64,000 bases of DNA from Eledone cirrhosa (taxonomy: Eukaryota), in NCBI GenBank assembly GCA_964016885.1, contig OZ024748.1, forward strand, positions 59,396,001 to 59,460,000. Direction: 5' to 3'. This document shows positions 12,211 to 24,425 of this stretch, one piece after another (the first letter of the stretch is position 1; each line of letters begins with the position of its first letter). The position numbers and the translations under genes are program-made. The notes below the pieces were generated by a model. The model worked only from the letters and a program-made list of their open reading frames with translations. It did no database searches and had not been told where the DNA came from.

Positions 12211-12325
12211 GGCACGTGACCCTGTGGCTAGGGTGTTGGCTCGCAATCATAATGTCATGGGTTCAATTCCTGGACCAGGCAATGTGTTGTGTTCCTCACT
12301 AAAATAGTTTATTTTGCATTGATCC
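12211..12325 (+). mobile_element. Old CORE-SINE head
   Basis: ggcacgtgaccctgtggctagg...gggttcaattcc...tgtgttgtgttcct. Confidence 0.6.
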
Positions 12326-12594
12326 TGGTGTGTTATGGTGTGGTGTGGTGTGGTGTGGTGTGTTATGTTATGGTACAGTGTGGTGTGGTGTGGTATGGTG
12401 TGGTGTGTTATGTTATGGTACAGTGTAGTGTGGTATGGTCCCATGACTCTTGATGAAGTTGTAGGGCACCATAATGGCATACAGCATTGATTTGGTATTT
12501 TAAAGCCTGGTGGAGCCCATCCCTCTCCAAGTCTGAACACAGCAGATTTCTTCCAGAAAAAGACAAAAAGTGAGAGAAAGGAAGTGAGGAAGAA

Positions 12595-12748
12595 TTGACC
12601 CCAGTACAAGACTGGTACTTTTTTTTTATCAACTATGTAAGGATGAAAAATAAAATTGACCTTGGCGGGATTTGAATTCAGAGCGCCGAAATGAATACCA
12701 CAAAGCATTCTATCCAACAGTCTAACAACACAGCCAATTTGTTGGCTT
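12595..12748 (-). mobile_element. Degenerate Meta-domain SINE
   Basis: ctggtacttt...ggatgaaa...gaccttggcgggatttgaattcaga. Confidence 0.7.
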
Positions 12749-12914
12749 TAAGATATTAAGTAGACTGAAACTGTGTGGAAGCCTGCTAGGTAGCTTGTAC
12801 CATTGAAAGGAGTAGTTTTGTCAGATAGACTGGTATACTGAGTCTCAGCTAGAATGTTGTACAACTTACATGGAGAAGTATACTGTTGATTTGTTGCTGT
12901 TGTTATTTGCCTGA

Positions 12915-13665
12915 TCAAGGATTAGTTTCGAAGGCCCACCACAGGAGGTTGACAAACTTGGGCTCTGGACTAACCAAGTCCTTAATAGACCCAAGTCATC
13001 AGCTCCATGACATAGCTGAGGATTCTCAGTTACTAGACCAGTACTGCTTGAGGTCACACCACCCTTTCTCTCATCATGCAGCAAATTTGCATAATTCAAA
13101 TTTCAACATGCTTTAGACACGTGAGAGTTAGCTGGCAACATACATCTTGACAAGCCAAATTGAATGTCAACCCCAATACAGCCCTCCAACTTGTCACTGA
13201 CTTCTTACAGAGGGAATGGGTGTCCATGAATTGGCTACACACAGGTGTCGGCCGATTCAATGCAGCCATGCACCAATGAGAGCTGTGACCATCAGCAGCT
13301 TACTAGTGTGGCTTACCCAAGCAGACTGCTGAACATATACTGAGTGAGTGCCTGTTTCTCCACCCACCTGAGAGTGTGGGTCTCACAGACCCTAATCCCA
13401 CTACCATCAGCTGGTTGCAGTGACTGGGGAATGTGACGTGGTGAATGCCTGAATCTCCACCTACCTGAAAGTATGGCCCTCGACTCACATGCTCTAATCC
13501 CATTACCGTAAGCTGGTTGCAGCGTCTGGGGATGTCACATGTTGAGAGCTCAGACATCCACCCACCTCAAAGTGTGGCCCTCAACTCATACACCCAAATC
13601 CCACTACTGTCAGCTGGTTGCAGCACCTAGGCGATGTCATGTGATTGCTGCCTCATATGAAACTA
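12915..13665 (+). pseudogene. Decayed Ingi/RTEX-like non-LTR retrotransposon, ORF2 C-terminus and 3' end
   Basis: DPSHQLH...LRSHHPF (ORF 12886), then REWVSMNWLHTGVGRFNAAMHQ*EL*PSAAY*CGLPKQTAEHILSEC, the W..LNRLRTG...C.CG...QT..HI..C zinc-knuckle region. Clade assignment is uncertain. Confidence 0.75.
13344..13645. repeat. Three tandem copies (~97-101 bp) of the LINE ORF end
   Basis: tccaccYacct-aaagtgtgg...aatcccaYtacc-tcagctggttgcag; units start at ~13344, 13441 and 13542. Confidence 0.85.
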
Positions 13666-13974
13666 CTATTGAGAGTTAGATTTTAGTTTATCTGGGGTGG
13701 TTATTGTTAAGTCTCCAGCTCAACAGGTCTATGATAATAAACATTCCAGCTTATTCAGCATCATAGATTAGTTCAATCAAAGCTGACCTCAGGACTTAAC
13801 AATAACCACCTCAGATCAAGTAAAATCTAAGCCACAATAGCAATATCCATAAAGGTATTTCTTAACTTATACACTTATTTGCTGAAGCTCAGATCATTTA
13901 TCACTTGATACCAACCTAGCCAAAATTGGCTCTGGTTCTATAAGATAAAACTACCCACTTTACAAAGTTTCTAT

Positions 13975-14187
13975 TTAACCCTTTAGCATTTAAACCAGCC
14001 ATATCTAGCCAGAATTCTCTCACCTCTTTCTGTTCAAACCAACCGTAACCGGCCGCTCCTACTGACGTTACGGTATTGTTCTCAAAATAAACAAAGTCAT
14101 CAAAATCTTGGTAGATTTGATATTATGTGAGATAAAGTTTTTACTGTGAAAATACAATAGTAAATATGGAGAAATTTAAATGGTTAA
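13975..14187 (+). mobile_element. TTAA piggyBac-like MITE copy
   Basis: ttaaccctttagcatttaaaccagccatatctagccagaattctctcacc...ggttaa. Confidence 0.8.
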
Positions 14188-14498
14188 ATTAAAATCTTCC
14201 AACATAATTTTATAAAAGGAATATATTTATCCAGTATACCCTGTAAGGTGGATGGTGATAGGAAGGACAATCCACGGTAGAAACCATGCCAAAAAGGGTA
14301 ATGTGGACCTTTCAGTAGTGTCAAAGACATGACAACCTCCCTAATGATGAGAGGCAGGGTCTGAACTTGGAACACACAGGTCGTTCCCATGAACACGGAC
14401 TTAAACATACATCAAGAAAACACCTCTTAACCACTATCTCCACCTCCAATACACCTCCCACACCCTAATACCAACCCACATCTGATCACACCACCCTT

Positions 14499-15563
14499 AC
14501 ACTGTAAATTGGTCATATAGCTATCACAACAAAAAGCATCCAGCCCACACTGTAAATTGGTCATATAGGTGTCACAACAAAAAGCACCCAGCCCACACTG
14601 TAAGGTGGTTGTGTAGCTATCATGACAGAAAGCATCCAGCCCACACTGTAAAGTGGTTGTGTAGCTATCACAACAGAAAGCATCCAACACACACTGTAAA
14701 GTGGTTGTGTAGGTATCACAACAGAAATCATCCAACACACACTGTAAAGTGATTGTGTAGGTATTACGACAAAAAGAACCCAGTCCACACTGTAAAGTGA
14801 TTGTGTAGGTATCACGACAGAAAGCATCCAGCACACACTGTAAAGTGGTTGTGTAGGTATCACAACAGAAAGCATCCAGCACACACTGTAAAGTGATTGT
14901 GTAGGTATCACAACAGAAAGCATCTAGCACACACTGTAAAGTGATTGTGTAGGTATCACGACAGAAAGCATCCAGCCCACACTGTAAAGTGATTGTGTAG
15001 GTATCACGACAGAAAGCATCCAGCCCACACTGTAAAGTGATTGTGTAGGTATTACGACAAAAAGAACCCAGTCCACACTGTAAAGTGATTGTGTAGGTAT
15101 CACAACAGAAAGCATCCAGCACACACTGTAAAGTGGTTGTGTAGGTATCACAACAGAAAGCATCCAGCCCACACTGTAAAGTGATTGTGTAGGTATTACG
15201 ACAAAAAGAACCCAGTCCACACTGTAAAGTGGTTGTGTAGGTATCACAACAGAAAGCATCCAGCACACACTGTAAAGTGATTGTGTAGGTATCACGACAG
15301 AAAGCATCCAGCCCACACTGTAAAGTGATTGTGTAGGTATTACGACAAAAAGAACCCAGTCCACACTGTAAAGTGGTTGTGTAGGTATCACAACAGAAAG
15401 CATCCAGCCCACACTGTAAAGTGGTTGTGTAGGTATCACGACAGAAAGCATCCAGCCCACACTGTAAAGTGATTGTGTAGGTATTACGACAAAAAGAACC
15501 CAGTCCACACTGCAAAGTGGTCATGTAAGTGTCACGACAAAAAGCACCCAGTGCACACTGTAA
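14499..15563 (+). repeat. 48-bp minisatellite, 22 units, inside an RTE 3' UTR (tail continues to ~15713)
   Basis: Unit cacactgtaaagtgRttgtgtaggtatcacRacagaaagcatccagc; followed by gttggcataaggaaggggatccagcc...ggacgttaaatgatg. Confidence 0.97.
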
Positions 15564-15884
15564 ATGTGGTTGGCATAAGGAAGGGGATCCAGCCATAGAA
15601 ACCAAGCCAGAAACAGTTCTGTATGAGCAAGACACAATCACCTGAGTCAACTTGCCTCAAATGGGAGAACCCGTCTAACCCATGATAGTGTGGAAAAAGG
15701 ACGTTAAATGATGGTAATATATATAGGTGATCAGTAGATTTGTGGTCTACTGAGGAAGGGACCAATATTAGTACTCTATGCTATAGCAGTGTATATATTA
15801 AGAAGAACAAAACCAAGTTTTATTAATAAAAACCTCAATGTGAAACCACATTTTGTTCTTTATATATATATATATATATATATA

Positions 15885-16073
15885 GGCCTTGCAATCGAAA
15901 GGTTGTGAGTTCAATTCTCAGACTGGGTGATATGTTGTTTCCTTGAGCAAGACACTTTATTTCACATTGCTCCAGTTTACTCAGCTGTAGAAATCAAGCC
16001 AGAATCAGTTCCCGTCCCACCCTTGAAGGCAGGGAAAAAGCGGATATAAAATGAAATGATGAAAAATGATGAT
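15885..16073 (+). mobile_element. CORE-SINE type A with an internal deletion
   Basis: Head and CORE are joined directly to the tail at cagctgtagaaat. Confidence 0.88.
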
Positions 16074-16365
16074 ATATATATATATAGGGAGGGAGAGAGA
16101 GAGAGTGAGATGTGTGTGTGTATGTGTGTGTGAACATCAAACAATCTTATATTATGCTTTTAGAATCAGTAAGTGTAAAAACAAATCTACTTGTTTGTTT
16201 TCATAATTACAAGATGTTCTATTTTCCTGTTTTAATACATATTGAAACAGTTCAATACGAGCGAGACATGGTCACCCCACCAATCTTGCCTTAAGTGGGA
16301 CAAACTCGTCTAACCCATGCTAACTTGGAAGATTGATGTTAAACGATGACGATGATGATATGTGT

Positions 16366-17021
16366 ATCATCATCATCATCATCAACGTTTAACGTCCGTG
16401 TTCCACGCTTGCATGGGTTTGGACGGGGGTAGTCCCACTTGAGGCAAGAGTGATTGTCTTGCTCGCATAGGACTGTCTGGCAGGTTTTCTACAGTTGGAT
16501 GCCCTTCCTAACACCAACCACATTTACAGTGTGGGTCTGGGAGGTTTTTACCGTGTTGCCTACACGGCCACATTACAGCGTGGACTGTGTGTTTTTTTGT
16601 CGTGACACCTACACGATCTCATTTGTTTCGGCCTGGATGGCGCGGCACCAACATAACTTTACATAGAACGGGGTGGTGTGGATGGGGTGGGGGTGGTGGC
16701 GGGACGGGGTGTATTTTGTTAGAGATGCCTACTGGCAAGGCGGGTCTTCTCTGTTACTGAGTACCGCCAAAGGTCTCGGTCCAGTGACATTGTCTTGGAG
16801 AGGTGTAAGTGTGTGAGGTCGGAGTTTATCAGCTCATCCCAGGTTTTTCTAGGTCTGCCTATTCCGTGGCTACCGTCTATCTTTATTGCCCTGCACTTTG
16901 TTATACAGCTATCGACTTTCATGCGCATCACGTGTCCATACCAACGCAGCCTTCTCTCGAGTAAACAACATCTGATCCCTCTTATCTCTAATTTTTTCCT
17001 TAGTTCGTTTATGCTTTGCCA
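16366..17021 (-). mobile_element. RTE LINE 3' end (ORF C-terminus, 3' UTR, (GAT)n tail)
   Basis: ELRKKLEIRGIRC..RRLRWYGHVMRM...GRPRKTWDE...DRDLWR; the UTR has two module copies and gttaggaagggcatcc. Confidence 0.92.
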
Positions 17022-17045
17022 TATATATATATATATATATATATA

Positions 17046-17205
17046 CACTGCAAAGTGGTCGTGTAGGCGCCACGGCAAAAAAGCACCCAGTACTCACTGT
17101 AAATGAGGTTGGTGTTAGGAAGGGCATCCAGCTGTAGAAATCAAGCCAGAATCAGTTCCTGTCCCACCCTTGCAAGCAGGAAAAAAGCGGATGTAAAATG
17201 AAAAA
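17046..17205 (+). mobile_element. SINE type A tail
   Basis: cactgcaaagtggtcgtgtagg...ttgcaagcaggaaaaaagcggatgtaaaatg. Confidence 0.85.
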
Positions 17206-17334
17206 TGAAATGAAAACACACACACAAACAGAGAGAGAGAGAGGCGTAGGTATAGATATACACACACCAAGAGAGATATTTTTCATACACACATACAGAT
17301 ATAAATACACTAATATACACATATATACATGTAT

Positions 17335-17696
17335 TTCATCATTTTACGTCCGCTTTTCCCTGCTTTGCAAGGGTGGGACGGGAACTGATTCTGGCTTGAT
17401 TTCTACAGCTGGATGCCCTTCCTAACACCAACCTCATTTACAGTGAGTGCTTGGGTGCTTTTTTGCCGTGGTACCTACACGTCCACTTTACAGTGTGGGC
17501 TGGGTGCTTTTTTGCCGTGGCACCCACGACCACTTTGCAGTGGACCCAGTCCTATCATCTCATTTCTACAGCTGAGTAAACTGGAGCAACGTGAAATAAA
17601 GTGTCTTGCTCAAGGAAACAACACATCACCAAGTCCAAGAATTGAATTCACAACCTTTCGATTGCAAGGTCAATGCCAGTAAGCCATGTACCTCCA
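17335..17696 (-). mobile_element. CORE-SINE type A with two module copies
   Basis: Near-identical to 2333-2666. Confidence 0.88.
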
Positions 17697-17716
17697 TATT
17701 TATATATATATATACT

Positions 17717-18217
17717 AGACCCAGAAAAACCTGGGATGATCTGATAAATTCTGACCTCACACACTTACATCTCTCTAAAACAATGTTTCTGGACCGAGAT
17801 CTTTGACGTTACGCAGTAATACGGAAGACCCGCCGTGCCTATGTACAAAGCAAAACCTACAGTCAGTAGGCACCTCTTGACCAAATATACACCCCAATCC
17901 ACTACCCCTACCCTATCCTCCCACTCCCACCAACAGCACAAGAAAATGAGATCGAGATCATGTAGGTGCCACGACAAAAAACACACACAGTCCACGCTGT
18001 AATGTGGCCGTGTAGGTAACATGGTAAAATGTTCCCAGTTCCACACTGTAAATGTGGTTGGTGTTAGGAAGGGCATCCAGCCGTAGAAAACCTGCCAGAT
18101 AGTCCTATATGAGCGAGACACGGTCACCCGACTAATCTTGCCTCAAGCAGGACAACTCCCGTCTAACCCATGCTAGCGTGGAAAATGGACATTAAACGAA
18201 GATGATGATGATGATGA
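17717..18217 (+). mobile_element. RTE LINE 3' end
   Basis: RPRKTWDDLINSDLTHLHLSKTMFLDRDL*, then the same UTR as 16366-16720. Confidence 0.9.
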
Positions 18218-18249
18218 CACAGACACATATATATATATATATATATATA

Positions 18250-18348
18250 CAGGGTGTCCCCAAAAAATGTACACATTTCAACAGCATTCTAATAAATATT
18301 GCCTGTCCAGGTAATCAATTTGTGTATACAATTTTTTAGGACACTCTA
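18250..18348. mobile_element. ~100-bp Tc1/mariner-type MITE in (TA)n
   Basis: TA|CAGGGTGTCCCCAAAAAATGTACAC ... GTGTATACAATTTTTTAGGACACTCTA; a single end also lies at ~11450-11478. Confidence 0.75.
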
Positions 18349-18363
18349 TGTGTGTATATATAT

Positions 18364-18426
<63 letters not shown>

Positions 18427-18429
<3 letters not shown>

Positions 18430-18827
18430 GAGGGCAATCCCAAAAGTAAGGTCTCCTTCCGATATTGCAACTTTTCCGTTAAAAACCTGTGGATGGTGCT
18501 TCGGGAAACCTCAGGAACCAAAATGCAGAGAGCTTCCAGAGTGATCCGCCGATCTTTACGCATGTTTTCCTCGGAAGGAGACCTTACTTTTGGGATTGCC
18601 CTCGTAAATAATAACTGCGCGAAATTCGCACTTGGCTGCGGTAGCGTTCAACGGGAGCTCCATTCTCAACGGCTGCCAAGCCAAGATTGAGCATCCCAGC
18701 GAAGCGCGCGCATGCTTGTTTGGGAGTGAAGGAAACACCAATCACAACAGTGTTGCCAACAGCCGTACGAACAGTTTCTCTGTGTCCCCATCGCTTAGGA
18801 GACCTTACTTTTGGGATTACCCTCGTA
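18427..18827 (-). mobile_element. Mariner-derived composite with three TIRs and transposase fragments
   Basis: TIR (TA)CGAGGGYAATCCCAAAAGTAAGGTCTCC at 18427(+), 18606(-) and 18827(-). Minus strand encodes MELPLNATAAKCEFRAVI and [36 protein letters not shown] (mariner HTH region). Confidence 0.88.
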
Positions 18828-19286
18828 TATAGCAGGGAAAGTGGATGTTAAAACGACGATTATATATATATATATCACATACACAAAGATACATATAGAG
18901 GTGGTAGTGAAAAGAACTCAATACATATAGTATATTCCTAATATATATAAGTGAGTAGGTTTTATACAGGTGTTTCATATTTACAATAATAACAGTACTT
19001 GCAATAATGCATCTTAGTGATGTGGAAAATTTCACCTGATAAATTAATTCATGGCATATTCAGATATGAAAATAATTGAATGGAACTGAATGGAAGGGGA
19101 AAAAAGGCTATATATATATATATATATGAGGAAGAAACAAAAGGAGAGCAGGTGATATATATATTTAGAAAGAGAGGGAGATCAGGGGAGAGATATATGT
19201 ATGTAAAACTAATAACAAAAATAACAAAACAAACGGCACAGTACAAAAATATATTAGTTTAATGCTTGAAATATACACACACACAT

Positions 19287-19344
<58 letters not shown>

Positions 19345-19450
19345 GGGGGAGAAAAGGATATAGATAGATAGATATAGTGAAAAAGTGATATATTTATAGT
19401 GAGAGATAAATTTATATGTATATATATTTATATATATATATATATATATA

Positions 19451-19661
19451 GTCGATCGACTTTCGTCCAATCAGACCGAGGAAACAATGTTTCCATGGGT
19501 CTTTCCAACTGCTAATACGCTATCGGTCGCAACTCCAGGTAGAAGGAGCAACGTGAAATAATAAAGTGTCTTGCTCAAGGACATAACGCATCGCCCAGAC
19601 CAGGAATCGAACTTACAACCTCACGATTGTGAATCCAATTCTCTTACCACTCAGCCACGCG

Positions 19662-19662
<1 letters not shown>
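19451..19662 (-). mobile_element. CORE-SINE with tail type B
   Basis: Reverse complement: gcgtggctgagtggtaagag...gttcgattcc...ccttgagcaagacacttta, then a tail shared with 31737-31850. Confidence 0.8.
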
Positions 19663-19726
<64 letters not shown>

Positions 19727-19969
19727 GAGGGGGGGGGGAGAAGAAGAGATAGGGGGAAGAAATGAAGAAAAGGAGGAGTATATAAGCCCCAAAAAGGAGG
19801 TAGGTAGGAAGGGAAATAGAGGATATTTGGTTGTAAGGAAAAGCAGTCAAACAGCTGATTGTCGTCGCTTTCAGTGACAACTGTGTCTAATAGAATAATA
19901 ATAATAATTCTATAACACCTAACACCATCACACTGAATATTCTGCAGTAACTAGGTGGAGGCATAGATT

Positions 19970-21250
<1,281 letters not shown>

Positions 21251-21409
21251 CTACACACGTTTGAAGGAGAGTATATATAACTATTGAGGGGATGAAATAA
21301 ACCGTAGAGATCGAATTTAAAATAAAATAAAAAACAATAGGTTTATCATACGAAATGATCTGTGTATTTTATCTTGTATGAACACAATTTTTGTTATTAA
21401 AAAGAAATC

Positions 21410-21448
<39 letters not shown>

Positions 21449-21451
21449 TAA

Positions 21452-21533
21452 TATAGAAATGGCTTCTACAGCACTAGAACTGTTTCATTCGAAAGCTTTC
21501 CTGATGATTTCCTTCGAATGAAACAATTCTAGT
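21452..21533. mobile_element. Fold-back Penelope-like fragment with a hammerhead core
   Basis: ctagaactgtttcattcgaa...cCTGATGAtttccttcgaatGAAAcaattctag. Confidence 0.65.
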
Positions 21534-21575
21534 GTGTGTGTATATATATATATTGACTATGGCCTCCGATCTTTT

Positions 21576-21626
<51 letters not shown>

Positions 21627-21938
21627 CCCCCCCCCCCTAATCATCCGATCCTTGTAAGCCCTTCTGCCCCAGACACGCACTGTATATAACCAGCTCTTGT
21701 AATGTCCCGTTCAATTAGGGGTCCTGTGGCAAATTAAATTAAATTTAAATCATTACTATTACTGTTTATTACTATTAATATTATTATTATTATTCTAAGT
21801 GGGATAGATACGGAAAGCGATATATGTAGTATCATAGTCTGTTGATCTGTTTAAGGTAAACAGACTCATTCACACAAACAGAAAAGAAAGAACACACACG
21901 AATACACACACAAGAACACACATGAATACACACACAGG

Positions 21939-21986
<48 letters not shown>

Positions 21987-22253
21987 AAAATTAATGACAA
22001 ATGAATGTGTTGAGAGGAGTGTATACAGAAGCTGACTTTTTGTATTGTTGGTGGTGGTGGTATGAATATGGAAAGATGTCGCAGAGTAGGCAAAACGGGA
22101 GAGAGAGAGAGGGACAGTGTGTGTGAGTGTGTGAGAGAGAGGGACAGTGTGTGTGTGTGTGTGTGCGAGAGAGTGTGTGTGTGCGAGAGAGAGTGTGTGT
22201 GTGAGGGAGAGAAAATGAGAAGGGGAAATGAGAGAGGGCAATGAGAATGGATA

Positions 22254-22296
<43 letters not shown>

Positions 22297-22316
22297 AGTG
22301 AACGTGAAAGGAGAAC

Positions 22317-22377
<61 letters not shown>

Positions 22378-22607
22378 GTAATAGCTCGATATTGAAATAA
22401 GAGCCGTATATAAATGGAGAGAGAGAGAGGGAGAGATTAAGAAGTGAAAATAGAGGAGGATGTATAGATGGAGAGAGTAAGAAGAGAGAGATGTATGAAT
22501 GTAGAGAGATGGAGAGAGAGATGGACTGTACTGAAAGCTGATAATATAGATGGACAGAGGTGAATTGAAAGATAAGGAGACGTGTATCATGTATCATTAT
22601 ATATATA

Positions 22608-22906
22608 AGGTTAACTTTGCTTTCATCCATACGGGGTCGATAAAATAAAGTACCAGTAATGTACTGAGTTATTGCTGGCCTTGTGCCAAAAGTAGAAACA
22701 ATTATATATATATATATATAGGCGGTGGATTGGCAGTATCGGTAGAGGGTCGAACGCCATACTTTCCAGCATAGTTACGTCCCTTTACGATCTGAGTTCA
22801 AATCCCGCCGAGATTAACTTTGGCTTTCATCCTTACGGGGTCGATAAAATAAAGTACCAGTAATGTACTGGGTATTTGCTGGCCTTGTGCCAAAAGTAGA
22901 AACAAT
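22608..22906 (+). mobile_element. Two tandem Meta-domain SINEs (truncated 22608-22702; full 22721-22906)
   Basis: ggcggtggattggcagtatcggtagag...gagttcaaatcccgccgag...tttcatccttacggggtcgataaaataaagtaccag...aaagtagaaacaat. Confidence 0.88.
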
Positions 22907-23038
22907 ATATTATATATATATAAGCAAAGAGATATTTAATTTGCTGGTAATTCAACAAATTTATTTATTATAACAGATGGACCTGAACCGTTAAGGACTG
23001 GTTTATCGGGTATGTCACTATTTATAAAACAAATTTTG

Positions 23039-23101
23039 TATTTTATCTGATGAGGGCGTACCAAAGTTTTTTGGTACTCTTGAAATATATATAATAAAAT
23101 A
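23039..23101 (+). ncRNA. Minimal type-I hammerhead ribozyme motif
   Basis: Stem I TATTTTAT/ATAAAATA; CTGATGA; stem II GGGCGTACCAAA-GTTT-TTTGGTACTCTT; GAAA; palindromic ATATATAT stem III; AUA site. Confidence 0.7.
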
Positions 23102-23413
23102 AATATGGTTTTATAAATATAGTTTCCATTTATTAATATCATTGATATATATATATATATATATAAATATATCCGTAATGATGTTGATGGATGCTGCGAG
23201 AGAGTAAGTACTCAATACCGAAGTATGGTGGTCCTGTGAGTACACAGGTGAAACTCCAGAGTAACAAGACTAGTTGGTCACTTAGCCATAATAAAGAATT
23301 TATATATATATGTATATTAAAGAGTTAAACAAGATTCAATGAGTATATCAAAGAATGAGTTTTACAATAGATTGGAAGCACTCTAAGGAATAAATAATTT
23401 TCAAGAGTTATTA

Positions 23414-23723
23414 ATATTAAAATACAAATATTAATAAAATAGATGTTCTTTTGATCAATTACATTTTATTATACATATTTCGGATGTACAACAGTACGTC
23501 CTCATCAGACAAAGTATAATGATACATGACATACCCTGAGATGTTAAATGGTTAAGATTTAATCAAGGTAGTGATTAAATCTTAACCATTTAACATCTCA
23601 GGGTATGTCATGTATCATTATACTTTGTCTGATGAGGACGTACTGTTGTACATCCGAAATATGTATAATAAAATGTAATTGATGAAAAGAACATCTATTT
23701 TATTAATATTTGTATTTTAATAT
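23414..23723. repeat. Near-perfect inverted repeat, 152-bp arms with a 6-bp spacer, one hammerhead motif per arm (Penelope-like)
   Basis: Arms 23414-23565 and 23572-23723 with one mismatch seen; CTGATGA-GGACGTAC-TGTT-GTACATCC-GAAA at 23629-23659. Confidence 0.9.
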
Positions 23724-23924
23724 ATATATATATACATGTATGTATATAAAACAAAGTAACGATAATCTACAGGTGTATATGTATATATAAAGATATACAC
23801 ACACACACCTAGAAATGCAAGGTAGGATATTTCGTAAAGAAGAAATATGAACCGAGTTGAGCTTATATATACATTATATATATACATATATATATACTAT
23901 ATATATATATATGCATTATATATA

Positions 23925-24047
23925 ATTGTTTCTACTTTTGGCACAAGGCCAGCAATTACCCCACCCCCCACCCCCACCCAGTGTATTACTGGTACTTTAT
24001 TTTATCGACCCCGTAAGGATGAAAGGCAAAGTCAACCTCGGCGGGAT
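23925..24047 (-). mobile_element. Meta-domain SINE, 5'-truncated
   Basis: attgtttctacttttggcacaaggccagc...ggatgaaaggcaaagtcaacctcggcggga. Confidence 0.85.
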
Positions 24048-24069
24048 TAATGTTTATATTTATACAACT

Positions 24070-24425
24070 GTTGTGTTGATAGGCTAACAATAGAACCTGC
24101 TTAATCTAGCTAGAAATAGCAGCCTAATCTCTCTCAAATCACACTCAAAGTTGAAGGCCAACAATAGAATCTGCCTTCTCTTGCTAGAAATAGCAGTTTA
24201 ATCTCTCTCAAATCTCAAATCACACTCTAACCATCTAAAAGAAAAAATATAATACCGAAATAGGTTTTCATGGCTGGAATGAAATGGTTTTTTTTTTTTT
24301 TGGTTTTTCTTGGTGAGGGGGGGGGGGGGGGGGGGGCTGGGTTTTTTTTGTTTTAATAAGGAGCCACATAAATTTAATCAAAGGTGATATTTTAATCGCG
24401 GAATTAATCTGGGTCTAAACAACTG
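24070..24425 (+). mobile_element. Dispersed repeat of unclassified family, locally duplicated; relatives at 25460-25500 and 25780-25960
   Basis: ctagaaatagcagccWaatctctctcaaatc recurs at all these sites. Confidence 0.55.

Noticed and set aside
14499-15563. CRISPR-like regular array (also 47396-47984, 57740-58895, 61779-62137)
   Set aside because: No unique spacers, no cas genes, eukaryotic context; the units are head-to-tail retroposon or microsatellite repeats.
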